DNA of 64,000 bases from Squalus acanthias (taxonomy: Eukaryota): NCBI GenBank assembly GCA_030390025.1, contig CM059431.1:118236001-118300000 (forward strand), in the 5' to 3' direction. Positions 48,067 to 58,430 of this stretch are shown here, piece by piece. The notes below the pieces were generated by a model. It searched no databases. It had not been told where the DNA came from and saw nothing but the letters and a program-made list of their open reading frames with translations. Position numbers and translations under genes: made by a program. Every line of letters begins with the position of its first letter. The first letter of the stretch is position 1.

Positions 48067-49212
48067 TTAAATCCTGAGAAGGCTGCCACGAGCTTTTCCC
48101 GACGGTGTGAGGGCATTGACCCCTCCCTTTGATCTGCCGCAGCCTGTCGCTGCTGCGCTGGGACTGGGCTCTCCCTGGGCTGCCTTAGCCTTGAGCCTTC
48201 GCCTTGGGACACTCTGGGGACTTGACCATATCTTCCTGGGCTGGGTTATCCGACTTGACCTACGGAGAGCTACCGGGGGCAGGAACTCCAGGACCGACGG
48301 ACCGGGTTCCGAGACTTCCACCGTGGCGACCTGTGGTCCCACCACAGTCGCTGTATCCGCCTCCCCTAACTCCGCCTCCCTGAACTCGGGATCTGCAGCT
48401 TGTGGCACCGCCCTACTTGGCCCAGTAGGCGGCCCTTCACTCGCAGTCCCTACCTCCCTCGAGGGCAAGACGTTCAAGGCGGGCGGCTCGGGCTCTGAGG
48501 CTTTCATCGCCACGCCCTGTGGTCCCACCACAGCGGCTGGCTCCGCCTCCCCTAGCACCTCCCCCCTGCGTTCGGGACCTGCAGCTTCAGCCTCCACCCT
48601 GTGTGGATCTCTATCTGCAGCCCCTGTCTCCCCTGTACCTGAATCGGGGGCGACCCTTTCGTCCTCCGATTCCAGCTCCTCCTCGCTTGTGTCACTATCT
48701 TCGTTGAGCTCCTCGAACTCTTCCTCATCTGACTCCCAACCCCAATAAAATATCTCACATTTTTCTAGGATGACCTCTCCCCTGATGCAAGCTGCTTTGC
48801 CTGCCTGTGTGCCCTGTGGCCCTACCCGGGGCTGCGAGTCCCCACTCGCAGGTTTGGCCCCTCCCCTAAGACAGGCCACCGCCCCTGCTTGTTTCTGTGA
48901 GATCTCACTTGCTGGAGGCTGCAGATTTCTATCCTGTTTTAAATCCTCATACTCCCTGCTCCTGGCTACCCTGTAGGCTGCCTTTATCTCTCTAAGCTGC
49001 CCTTCTAGCACGTCTATTTTTCCCATTAAACGGGCGTTCTCCTCCCGCAAGGCCTGCTCTCTAAGCTGCCCTTCTAGCCTATCTACTTTCCCCATTAAGC
49101 GGGCGTTCTCCTCCCGCAGGGCCTGCTCTTTTAACCTGGCCTCCTTACAGGAGACCCCCTCCTGTGCGTGTCTTTTAAAAGGACACAGGTAGGCGGGCTG
49201 CGCGGGCCCTAG
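48067..49212 (-). CDS. ORF-X, 381 codons, fully open and in frame with gag after TGA-CTAG
   Basis: 39 open codons link the gag stop to ORF 48067-49095. Contains repeated QALREENARLMGK units, an acidic tract and duplicated VVGPQ repeats. Confidence 0.8.
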   Translation of the reverse strand, partial: LGPAQPAYLCPFKRHAQEGVSCKEARLKEQALREENARLMGKVDRLEGQLREQALREENARLMGKIDVLEGQLREIKAAYRVARSREYEDLKQDRNLQPPASEISQKQAGAVACLRGGAKPASGDSQPRVGPQGTQAGKAACIRGEVILEKCEIFYWGWESDEEEFEELNEDSDTSEEELESEDERVAPDSGTGETGAADRDPHRVEAEAAGPERRGEVLGEAEPAAVVGPQGVAMKASEPEPPALNVLPSREVGTASEGPPTGPSRAVPQAADPEFREAELGEADTATVVGPQVATVEVSEPGPSVLEFLPPVALRRSSRITQPRKIWSSPQSVPRRRLKAKAAQGEPSPSAAATGCGRSKGGVNALTPSGKARGSLLRI

Positions 49213-51018
49213 TCATTGGGTACCGGCGGACGGGGCTGTGGCATCTGCGGGGCCGGTAGCAACCGCCACCCTTCCATGCGCACTCATGAGGGTGCGCATG
49301 GCTCCCAACACTGATTCGATCGCGTCGGGATGGATGGGTGCACTAGCTCCCCTATCAGAGACAGGCGCCTGGGCTCGGACTGCAGGATTTTTATCCCTGG
49401 AATCCTTCCAAGGGTTCCTGCAGTTCCTGCGCCAGTGCCCTGTCTTCCCATACCCGTAACAAGCATTGCTGGCCTGCGGAGCGCGGTTACCCTCCTGATG
49501 CCACTCCTTTTGAGCCGGGGCTGCGGGTCGTACCTCATGCACCTTTCCCTTAAGGGGACATGCTCCCATACCCCTGGTATTACAGTACCCTACCGTGAGT
49601 CGATTTAGGACCGACTCCTCTGTAGTGGCGGGGTCAGTGGGATCAAACCATGCTTTTGCCTGCTCCCTGATGGCTGGCAAACTGTTGGCTACTATATACC
49701 TGAGCCAATGAGTTAGACCGGCGCCGTCCAAATCGGCGCGCTCTGGCGCACCTGGGCAGCTACGCTGGTATACTGGCCACAGCCTGTCGGCGAAAACCTT
49801 CGGGGGTTCTCCCTCCATCTGCACTGTTTGTCCCAGTCTAACGAACGGACCTTCATCGTCCATTCCCAACACTTCTAGGACCTCATCTCTTAGCTCCCCA
49901 TAGGTATTAGTTTCCCTCTTGCTCTCGTCTGAGAGACACTGAAGGATCGAGCTGTCTCGTGAGAATAACAGCATTTTTGCCTTTTCTCCATCGTCGCAGC
50001 CGTTAATGGCTGCGGTTTGCTCTACTTCCCTGAAATGTACGGAAGGGTCGTCTGACTCGGCCAGCTTCCGTACGTGACTGATCATAACCCTCAGCTGGTG
50101 TGAGCTGTGAGGCAACACAAGCTGGTTGAGGAGATCCCCCTCTGCCCCATCTATTCCGTTCGGGCCCCTTTTGATATCCGTGACCGGACACAACGGTCCC
50201 GGCTTCACTTCTACCTCAGTGGGCTCTTTCTTTACTTCTACCACTTCCTCCCTCACCCAGGTTGCTGAATAGCTGGGTGGCGCGGAGGGCATAGTGGCTA
50301 ATACTTCCTCCGCTTTGTTCGGTGGGGATTTCTGAAATCCCTCATCCACTAGCGGCTGGTCTGCTGACGGACTGATAAGGCACACCATGCCGTGCGCTTT
50401 GTTCAAGGCCTTTTTAAGGTTCTCTATCTCTTTTTGGCAGACGCTGTGATCGGCCCCCTGAAATTTATCCTCGAGGGCCATCTTATATGCCGCCCTAACC
50501 CCCGTTAAGCTCTCTTCCTGGGCTTTTATTTGGGCAGCTAGGCGGGCACATCGTTCCTTTAATCTACCCTCACTTAACTTTCCCTCAGTGACCTGGCACT
50601 CGAGGTAATCTATTTTTGCTTCATGGTGGTTGGCGACTAACTGGCGTTCTTGATGCAATGCATTTAAAGTCGTGATGAGCTGCTGCCCCCCCGCGACCTT
50701 CTTGTCCATTTCCACCTCTAAACTCTTGATCTGAGCTGCCTGCGCTAAGATGACCTGGTCCGAAATTTGGACTTGTCTTTTATAGCACATCAGCCAGACC
50801 GCTTTCTCCACTGCCTTTTTATGTTCCTTGCTATCTGTCCACCTCTCGGCTGCCTCTAGTGGACGCTTATCCACCAGCAGGTCACTTATCCATTTCTTGG
50901 TCAAATTCACCTTTCTAAACACATAATCTGCTATTCTCTCTTCCATTACATTTCGCCCATTCATACCAGGGTGTAACACATTATTCTCTCGCTGCCAATG
51001 TCCTGCCGCGGTCGCCAT
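49213..51018 (-). CDS. gag: Gag polyprotein (601 aa), provirus C
   Basis: Open ORF homologous to A and B gag. The zinc knuckle has a C>Y change (CYGYGKTGHWRRNC). Confidence 0.92.
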   Translation of the reverse strand: MATAAGHWQRENNVLHPGMNGRNVMEERIADYVFRKVNLTKKWISDLLVDKRPLEAAERWTDSKEHKKAVEKAVWLMCYKRQVQISDQVILAQAAQIKSLEVEMDKKVAGGQQLITTLNALHQERQLVANHHEAKIDYLECQVTEGKLSEGRLKERCARLAAQIKAQEESLTGVRAAYKMALEDKFQGADHSVCQKEIENLKKALNKAHGMVCLISPSADQPLVDEGFQKSPPNKAEEVLATMPSAPPSYSATWVREEVVEVKKEPTEVEVKPGPLCPVTDIKRGPNGIDGAEGDLLNQLVLPHSSHQLRVMISHVRKLAESDDPSVHFREVEQTAAINGCDDGEKAKMLLFSRDSSILQCLSDESKRETNTYGELRDEVLEVLGMDDEGPFVRLGQTVQMEGEPPKVFADRLWPVYQRSCPGAPERADLDGAGLTHWLRYIVANSLPAIREQAKAWFDPTDPATTEESVLNRLTVGYCNTRGMGACPLKGKVHEVRPAAPAQKEWHQEGNRAPQASNACYGYGKTGHWRRNCRNPWKDSRDKNPAVRAQAPVSDRGASAPIHPDAIESVLGAMRTLMSAHGRVAVATGPADATAPSAGTQ

Positions 51019-52788
51019 TTTCTATAAGGGTTTTGACACGCCTGTGGCTCTGTGCTTAGCCTGGGTGCTAGTGCGAGGTTAGGCCTTGTTGCCTGTTCTG
51101 GTCTCCAGCCAGCCTGGTAGCACTAGACACCTGTGAGTGGTTCGACCCACTCGCCCTTACGGTTCTGACACTGGACTTAGATGCGAGAGCAATAATGCAG
51201 AGAAAACTCAGGTAGACCCGGTTGAATAGTGCGAAATGGAAAATCTTTATTGCATATTATTCAAGATTACAAAATACATGTCATAAGCACAGATTAATGA
51301 CAGTACAATCTTACACGCAGTTGTGTAACTAATTTTAGGGAAACGAGGAGCGCACAACACATCGTAAAAGGGGGCACACATTACAATTATCCTTAAAACT
51401 TAAATCCTCCCCTATCAATACCTGTCCTAAACTAGATTTGTAGGATCGAGACTCTTCCTCACCACTCGTGATAACTCAGAGAATTCCGAAACTCTGCTCG
51501 GATGTTTTTACCGCAGCACCTGACTATCCACGTGTTGATCAGGGGTCTCTGTACCCCACTTGTTTACTCGTTTCTGCTCCGGCTAGCAGGTTGGACCGTC
51601 TGCTGTCATGAAGATCTGTGTTGTCCTCGGAGTTCCGACACGACTCGAAAAATAGTCTTCCTGTGCCCTCGCCCCGATGCGATAAAACTCGAAGAATGGT
51701 CTTCCTGTGCCCTCACGCCAGTTTGTAAAACTCAAAGAATAGTCTTCCTGGGCAAGGAAAGTGTTTATTCGACCTACAGGCGCGGTCGGGGCTTACTGAC
51801 CGTGGCGATACGTATGGTCGTCTTCTTCTCTTCTCATCTCATCTCATCTCGGGCCTTCGGTTCCAACACCGTTTACCGACTTCTCGGGATGGTGTGCCCG
51901 TTTCAAGGCTTCACAGCCCAGTTCCACACAGATCTTCGCGGCAAGCCACAAGGTTGATCCTGGCGGATCAGAAAGTTCTAAAGTCTTCTAGCAAGTCGAG
52001 CAGCAAGAGGCAGAGACAGCAGTCAAGAGTCAAGAGCAAGAGAAAGATGGACGGTTGTACCTTACAGTTATAGTGCTGTAATTCCTCTTTTCCCGCCCAA
52101 TCTTAATGTCTTTTCTTTTGTCAGAGTTTTGGCGCTCAAACTTCTTGTATAGGGTGATCTCCGTTTTAATGGGTTTCGGTGATACTTGTAACTGCCTGAG
52201 TACCCGTTAATACTTCTCCCATTGTGTAACCGGCCAGTATTCTCCCTGGAGGGGTTTTGGGGCTTCCAAATGTTTCTGTAACTACCCGCAAACGGCTCTC
52301 TCATCGTAGAGTCGTGGGGATTTTGCATATTAATGTCTTTGGATGGGTTCTTGATCGCTCGGTACAATAGCCCTTATTCGCACCTGGGAGACCGATTCCA
52401 GTATTTATGTGTAAAATGCAAACCCATTGGGGTAGAAATTAGGTCGCGCCCCATTTGGGGCGCAAATATCGTCCGGACGCAAATATTAGCGCCTGGCGCT
52501 AATTATCGGCACTGACAGGAAACTTCACTTTTACCGCCCCGGGAGGTGAGTGGAGCGCTAAAGTAGGCGCTGCACACCTCTCTGAAGGCGCAAAGGCCAA
52601 GGAGTGAGGCGCTAACTCAGCGCACGAGCGCAGCGCAGCTGCTGCCAGTTAGCGAGGGAACACAGACACAATGGCGCTGGACACTTCTTAAAGCGGGGGG
52701 GGGGGCCACTTGCTCCCCAGCCACACCCTGCTCATTGCAGCCTTGAATCTCAGCCTGGAGAGACCTGTAATCCATTTTGCTGCCAAGC

Positions 52789-54667
52789 ATGGAGAGGGTG
52801 AGAGAACGCGCTCATCGCTTCACCGAGCGGGCCTTGGATGCTCTGGTTGACGCAGTGGAGCGCAGACGTTGCATGCTGTTCCCGGAGAGTGGCAGGAGGC
52901 CTTTGCCACGCGATTTCAGAAGAGTGTGGAGGGAGGTGGCTCAGAGCGTCTCCTCCAGGAGCATGGTGCCCAGGACCCATGTTCAATGCCGCAAAAAGTT
53001 CAACGACCTCACTCGGGTCGTATGGGTGAGTGGCTTTTTCTCAATACCTCTCCATCCCTCCATCTCAACCTCACTCTATGGCCAGAGGGTCTTAAAACCC
53101 CAATGCACAACACTCATCCAACACCTATGGCCCTTTCATCAAACACACACACACACATTCCACACTTTGCATACAGTAAGGGCTATTCACCTATGGGAGG
53201 CACATCAGGCAAGACCATGGCTGCATACAGTAAGGGCTATTCACCTATGGGAGGCACATCAGGCAAGACCATGGCTGCATACAGTATGGGCTATTCACCT
53301 ATGGGAGGCACATCAGGCAAGACCATGGCTGTATATTTACTCAGATGCTGTCCTTTTTCTTGCAGGCTGAGCTGGCTCATAATCGGAGACAGCAGCAACG
53401 GACGGATGGAGGGCGGCTTCAGCTGCAACCCCTCAGCGATCTGGAGGAGCGCGTCCACAGGATTGTGGCAAGCCGGGTGATCGGTCCCGTCGCCACTGGA
53501 GATGCCGACCCCGTTGTGGACAGCAATGGTAAGGTCATCACCTTTTTGTCCTCTGTCCTTCCACTTGTCCTTCACAATACCAGCCTTTGACACTTTCAAT
53601 CCAACTTGCTAACTCACTGCACTTATTCCTCCCTTACTGCCACCCTGTCCTCACGCTAAAGCCACTCTTGTACCTCCCTGCTTTCAGATGGTGATTCACC
53701 AGCTGAGGAGACGGGCCCTGAAGCTGCCACTGGGAGTGATGCTGCAGCTGAGGAGGAAGAGGAAGCCGGAGCATCAGTGCCACCCTCTCCCGAGGAAGCC
53801 CATGCCCACACTGGGAACACGCCTTCCCCGGAGGGGAGCAGGGGGGAAGGGGCTGATGATGGTGAAGCTCCAGGACCCAGCGGGCTGCAGCAACGCCATG
53901 GGGGGGGTAGGGAAGAACGGGGGCCTTCTCCCCAGAGGGAGAGTATGCCAGACACTCCTACTGCAATGGACGCAGAGGAGGAGCGGCTGATTGCAGAAAT
54001 GAACACCCAGGCGGTGGGCATGCACACTGAGCTCATGGGTGCAGTGGGAAGGGTGCCCGATTGCATTGAGTCACTGGCAAGGAGTGTGGAGCACTTCGCT
54101 GTAGCACAGGCGGATGCCACACTAACGCTTAGTGCTGCAATTCAGTCAATGGCTGCCGTGATCCCACCTCTGACTGCTCTCATACAGACTCAGATGGAGG
54201 CCACGCGAGCACAGACTGCTGCCAACCTCGATGGTTCGTGCACATGTCCCCGGGGCTGTCACCGCGCCGCAGCAGGCCAGCAATCTGTTCTCCGGCAAAT
54301 TGCTCCGGATGCTGAAGTGCTGCCCCGTGGGAGTGCCAGTGTGTCGGGCGAGCAGGGAGTTGCTGGCCTCTCTCACGATGACAGCATTCCTGCTGCCAAC
54401 ACTGTCACTTCTCCACTGCACTTGCCACCGCCTGTAGGACAGACTGCTGCCGCCCATGCAGAGTTGGTGCAGTCTGCAGCCGGGCCCTCCAGGCCCAGAA
54501 GTGGTCGAGGCCGTCCTTCAGGGGCATCTGCAGTGTCAGGGTCTGACGAGCAGCAGCCTTCCACCAGCCATGCTGCAGCCACTGAGGTCCCATTACGGAG
54601 GAGCAGTAGGGTTAGAAGGGGGGAAGTGCGCAAGGGAAGGAGATCACCCTCGAAAGGCAAAAAGTAG
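52789..54667 (+). CDS. Myb/SANT-like DNA-binding protein of H2; predicted exons 52789-53025, 53366-53528, 53688-54667 (~459 aa)
   Basis: MERVRERAHRFTERALDALVDAVERRR..WREVA..QCRKKFNDL. GT-AG introns with compatible phases give an uninterrupted frame. Confidence 0.82.
53169..53330. repeat. 54-bp tandem repeat, 3 copies, in intron 1 of the H2 Myb gene
   Basis: GCATACAGTAAGGGCTATTCACCTATGGGAGGCACATCAGGCAAGACCATGGCT repeated head to tail. Confidence 0.9.
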
Positions 54668-54680
54668 GAGGTGTGCCAAA

Positions 54681-55047
54681 ATAAGAACATAAGAACATAA
54701 GAAATAGGAGCAGGAGTAGGCCAATCGGCCCCTCGAGCCTGCTCCGCCATTCAATAAGATCATGGCTGATCTGATCCTAACCGCCAATCTACTATCTATC
54801 ACAGAACCATCTCCTGCATCTAACAGAATTGCACACACGAAATAGGAGCAGAATCAGGCTACACAGTCCCTGGGCCCGCTCCACTACCCACAGGGCCATG
54901 ACCGATCCGAACCTAGACTCATGTCCAAATTCCTGCCCGCTCCCCGTAACCCTTAATGCCCTTTACTTCTAGGAAACTGTCTATTTCTGTTTTAAATTTA
55001 ATTAATGTTGTAGCTTCTACAGCTTTTTGTGGCAGCATATTCCATGG
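54681..55047 (-). mobile_element. CR1-type LINE 3' end inserted between the two H2 genes
   Basis: (ATAAGAAC)n tail and the AGGAGCAGGAGTAGGCC 3' UTR, as at 5831 and 59870. Confidence 0.85.
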
Positions 55048-55342
55048 ACCTACCATGGAATATGCTGGTCATTTTTTTATTAAAGGCCGAGGTTCATGGT
55101 CCAACTTTTGTTTAGTGTTTTGGACATTATCTCCAGGTTGTGAGAACCAGTTATGTTATTGACTGTTTTTTTGTGTTTATTTCTATGAGTTTGTCATGAG
55201 GAATTGACACACACAGAGTTTGTAAAATAAATAAGTTTCTGTATTCAAAATATACATGGCTGGTGGTTGGAATTATTGGTGCCTTGGCCGGCTTAGGGGT
55301 TGCGTGCTGGGTTGATTAGTGTTTGTAGCAATGGCAGGGGCC

Positions 55343-56431
55343 CTAGAAGCGGCTTGCTATTAGTCGTTGACGGACGGCCCTTGCAGTTTGACCATTGTGG
55401 GCTGCCCTCCTGCCTTGGTGCTGCTGATGATCATCGTCCTCGTCCTGTTCCTCCTCTTCCTCCTCCTCCTGTGGTGGTGCTACAAGGCCTGGTGGCATTG
55501 GCTGGGTCCTGAGGATTGCCATGTTGTGCAACATGCAGCACACGACTACGAAGTTCGAAACTTGCTCAGGCGAGTACTGCAGGGCTCCTCTGGAATGGTC
55601 CAGACAGCAGAACCGTTGTTTCAGCATGCCGATTGTGCGCTCAATAATGTTCCTGGTTGCTTGATGGCTTTCATTGTACCGCAGCTCAGCAGGGGTGTTT
55701 GGCGTACGGAGCGGTGTCATCAGCCAGGTGCTCAATGCGTACCCCTTGTCCCCCAGAAGCCAACCAACTGGCTGATGCGGTGCCTCGAAAACTTCTGCCA
55801 CAGTAGTCTGGCGCAGGATGAAAGCATCGTGGCAGCTGCCCGGATAGTGGGCATTGACAGCGAGTATCACCTGTCTGTGGTCACAGACCAACTGCACATT
55901 CAAGGAATGGAACCCCTTTCTGTTCCTGAATTCCTCTGCATTCTCTCGCGGAGCACGCAAAGCCACATGCGTGCAGTCAATGGCGCCCTGCACCATGGGG
56001 AAGCCCGCTACCCTCGCAAAGCCCAGAGCACGGTCCCGCTGCTTGTCTGGGGTCATAGGGAAAGAGATGAAGTCTCGTCTCCTTCTGAAGAGGGCATTGG
56101 TGACCTGCCGGATGCAGCGATGCACCGCAAACTGGGAGATATTGGCGAGGTCCCCAACAGCAGCTTGGAATGAGCCAGTGGCGTAGAAGTTCAAAGCCAC
56201 TGTGACCTTCACTGCCACCGACAGAGACGTCCTGGACCTCAGCTGAGGCTGCAGATCTGGCTGCAGCAGGTGGCAGAGCTCAGTGACCACCTCCTTGCTG
56301 AATCGCAGCCTTCGCAAACACAGCTCCTCGGACATATGGATGTAGGAGAGCTGTTCACGATATACCCTGGGAGGGTAAGCTCTCCTGTACATGCGCCTGA
56401 TGGCCCTCCTCCGTCTGGCCATCATTGCCAC
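55343..56431 (-). CDS. HARBI1-like DDE transposase of H2 (362 aa)
   Basis: GAIDCTH / LLGDKGY / RNIIERTIGMLKQRF carry the full D-D-E triad. An upstream in-frame ATG (56503) is cut off by one TAG (56465-56467). Confidence 0.93.
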   Translation of the reverse strand: MAMMARRRRAIRRMYRRAYPPRVYREQLSYIHMSEELCLRRLRFSKEVVTELCHLLQPDLQPQLRSRTSLSVAVKVTVALNFYATGSFQAAVGDLANISQFAVHRCIRQVTNALFRRRRDFISFPMTPDKQRDRALGFARVAGFPMVQGAIDCTHVALRAPRENAEEFRNRKGFHSLNVQLVCDHRQVILAVNAHYPGSCHDAFILRQTTVAEVFEAPHQPVGWLLGDKGYALSTWLMTPLRTPNTPAELRYNESHQATRNIIERTIGMLKQRFCCLDHSRGALQYSPEQVSNFVVVCCMLHNMAILRTQPMPPGLVAPPQEEEEEEEQDEDDDHQQHQGRRAAHNGQTARAVRQRLIASRF

Positions 56432-57274
56432 TCTCTGTCTGCGTCTCAGTATCCTCCGATTCAGCTAGAGCAGGACGACGCCCCCAATCATTGCAGCCCC
56501 CATATTCTCTTTGCCAGAAAAGTAATGAGGTACAGCAACTAAAGTAGCAACAAAGTTAGGATGAACTAGGCAAAACTACCTCACAAAGCGTTGAGTCAAT
56601 GTAGAAGTCTCTCTCTCTCTCTCTCCGAATCTCTCTCTCTCTCTCAGAACGAGTGGTGCATAAATGTCGACCACAGAAAAAGAAAGACAGGAAGAGGCCC
56701 CCTTTAAATAGCGCCCCCCCCCAGCCCCACACCGATTGATAACGTTCCAGTCTTCCGGTCGTTGGAAGCGCCAGGCGGTAAGGCAGGGGGCGCCACTCAA
56801 TTTCCGCTCCGGGGCGCCCCAAGGGCGTTGCACCATGGAATGACGTCACAATCTGCGCGCGCAGGTGGTCGCAGCGGTAAGTTTTAGCGCCGCCGCACAA
56901 TCTCAAGTTAAGTTCTCGAGCGGCGCAAACAGCGCTGCGCCCGGGCGTTAGCGGCTTAACGCCCCATTAGCGCCCTCTTAAGGCGCTAACGGGAGGCGCA
57001 ACCAAGTGAATTTTTACCCCATTATGTCTTGTGAATTATCTCAAATGTGCTGAGTCTTGTCCGATCTCGCACAAATGTTTATTGGAACGCCATCTTGTCT
57101 GCTTATCGAAAAGTCTAGAATGTTCTGCCACGAGGCGTGGCGGCCATTTTACAGGCTGCTTGTGTCCACTTTGAAAACCTGACAGCATTCTGCTGAAATA
57201 AAGCTGTTTGTACGAAACTATATGTCTCCTCCTTATTATATAAAATTGCGATAATATTGCGAATTCTACACACC

Positions 57275-58430
57275 CTATACAAGAAGTTTGATTGCCAAAA
57301 CCCTGACAAAAGAAAGACATTAAGATTGGGTGGGAAAAGAGGAATTACAGCACTATAACTGTAAGGTACAACCGTCCATCTGTCTCTTGCCTCTTGACTC
57401 TTGCCTCTTGACTCTTGCCTCTTGACTCTTGCTCTTGCCACCTGACTCCTTGCCGCTTGCCTCGTGCCTCTGCCTCTTTCTGTTTGACTTGCTGGAAGAC
57501 TATTGAACTTTCTGATCCGCTAGGATCAACCTCGTGGCTTGCCGCGAAGATCTGTGAAGAACTGGGCTGTGAAGCCTTGAAGCGGGCACACCATCCCGAG
57601 AAGTCGGTAAACGGTGTTGGAACCGAAGGCCCGAGATGAGATGAGATGAGATGAGATGAGATGAGATGAGAAGAGAAGAAGACGACAATACGTATCGCCA
57701 CGGCCAGTAAGCCCCGACCGCGCCTGTAAGTCGAATAAACACTTCCTTGCCCAGGAAGACCATTCTTTGAGTTTTACAAACTGGTGAGGGCACAGGAAGA
57801 CTATTTTTTTGAGTCGTGTCGGAACTCCGAGGACAACACAGATCTTCATGACAGCAGACGGTCCAGCCTGCTAGCCGGAGCAGAGACGAGTAAACAAGTG
57901 GGGTGCAGAGACCCCTGATCAACACGTGGGTGGTCAGGTGCTGCAGGAAAAACATCCGAGCAGAGTTTCGGAATTCTCCGAGTTATCACGAGTGGCGAGC
58001 ATGAGTCTCGATCCTACAAATCTAGTTTAGGACAGGTATTGATAGGGGAGGGTTTGAGTTTTAAGGATAATTGTAATGTGTGCCCCCTTTTTTGATGTGT
58101 CGTGCGCTCCTCGTTTCCCTAAAATTAGTTACACAACTGCGTGTAAGATTGTACTGTCATTAATCTGTGCTTATGACATGTATTTCGTAATCTTGAATAA
58201 TATGCAATAAAGATTTTCCATTTTGCACTATTCAACCGGGTCTACCTGAGTTTTCTCTGCATTATTGCTCTCGCACCTAAGTCCAGTGTCAGAACCGTAA
58301 GGGCGAGTGGGTAGAACCACTCACAGGTGTCTAGTGTTACCAGGCTGGCTGGAGACCAGAACAGGCAACAGGGCCTAACCTCGCACTAGCACCCAGGCTA
58401 AGCACAGAGCCACAGTTCTCACCCCTTACA
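57275..58430 (+). repeat. 3' LTR of provirus B, second part
   Basis: Continues the LTR exactly after the CACC duplication. Shares B-specific repeat tracts and the U5 end. Confidence 0.92.

Larger units (their letters stand above)
52429..57020. mobile_element. Harbinger transposon H2, full length and near intact
   Basis: TIR GGGGTA(G/A)AAATT and TSD ATT (52426-52428 / 57021-57023). Convergent Myb/SANT and transposase genes. Confidence 0.93.
43316..57270 (-). mobile_element. Provirus C: LTR-gag-ORFX-env-LTR, no pol, inserted antisense in B's 3' LTR
   Basis: TSD CACC (43312-43315 / 57271-57274). 3' LTR 43316-44967; 5' LTR 51023-52428 plus 57024-57270. PBS 51000-51017. Confidence 0.93.
51023..57270 (-). 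repeat. 5' LTR of provirus C, split by Harbinger H2
   Basis: 51023-52428 and 57024-57270 together match 43316-44967. Confidence 0.9.
35092..58430 (+). mobile_element. Provirus B: LTR-gag-ORFX-env-LTR, no pol; 3' LTR split by provirus C
   Basis: 5' LTR 35092-36773; 3' LTR 42795-43315 plus 57275-58430. TSD CATG, PBS 36779-36796, purine tract 42786-42793. Confidence 0.93.

Noticed and set aside
53169..53330. CRISPR-like or protein-coding repeat
   Set aside because: Head-to-tail 54-mers with no spacers, lying inside a predicted intron.
55367..56173. 268-aa plus-strand ORF
   Set aside because: Antisense shadow of the H2 transposase with no independent features.
55343..56431. Domesticated host HARBI1/NAIF1 genes
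   Set aside because: Bounded by TIRs and a TSD inside a proviral LTR, so this is a transposon copy.
35092..58430. B/C inverted pair as an assembly artefact
   Set aside because: The copies differ by many substitutions and indels, and each has its own exact TSD.
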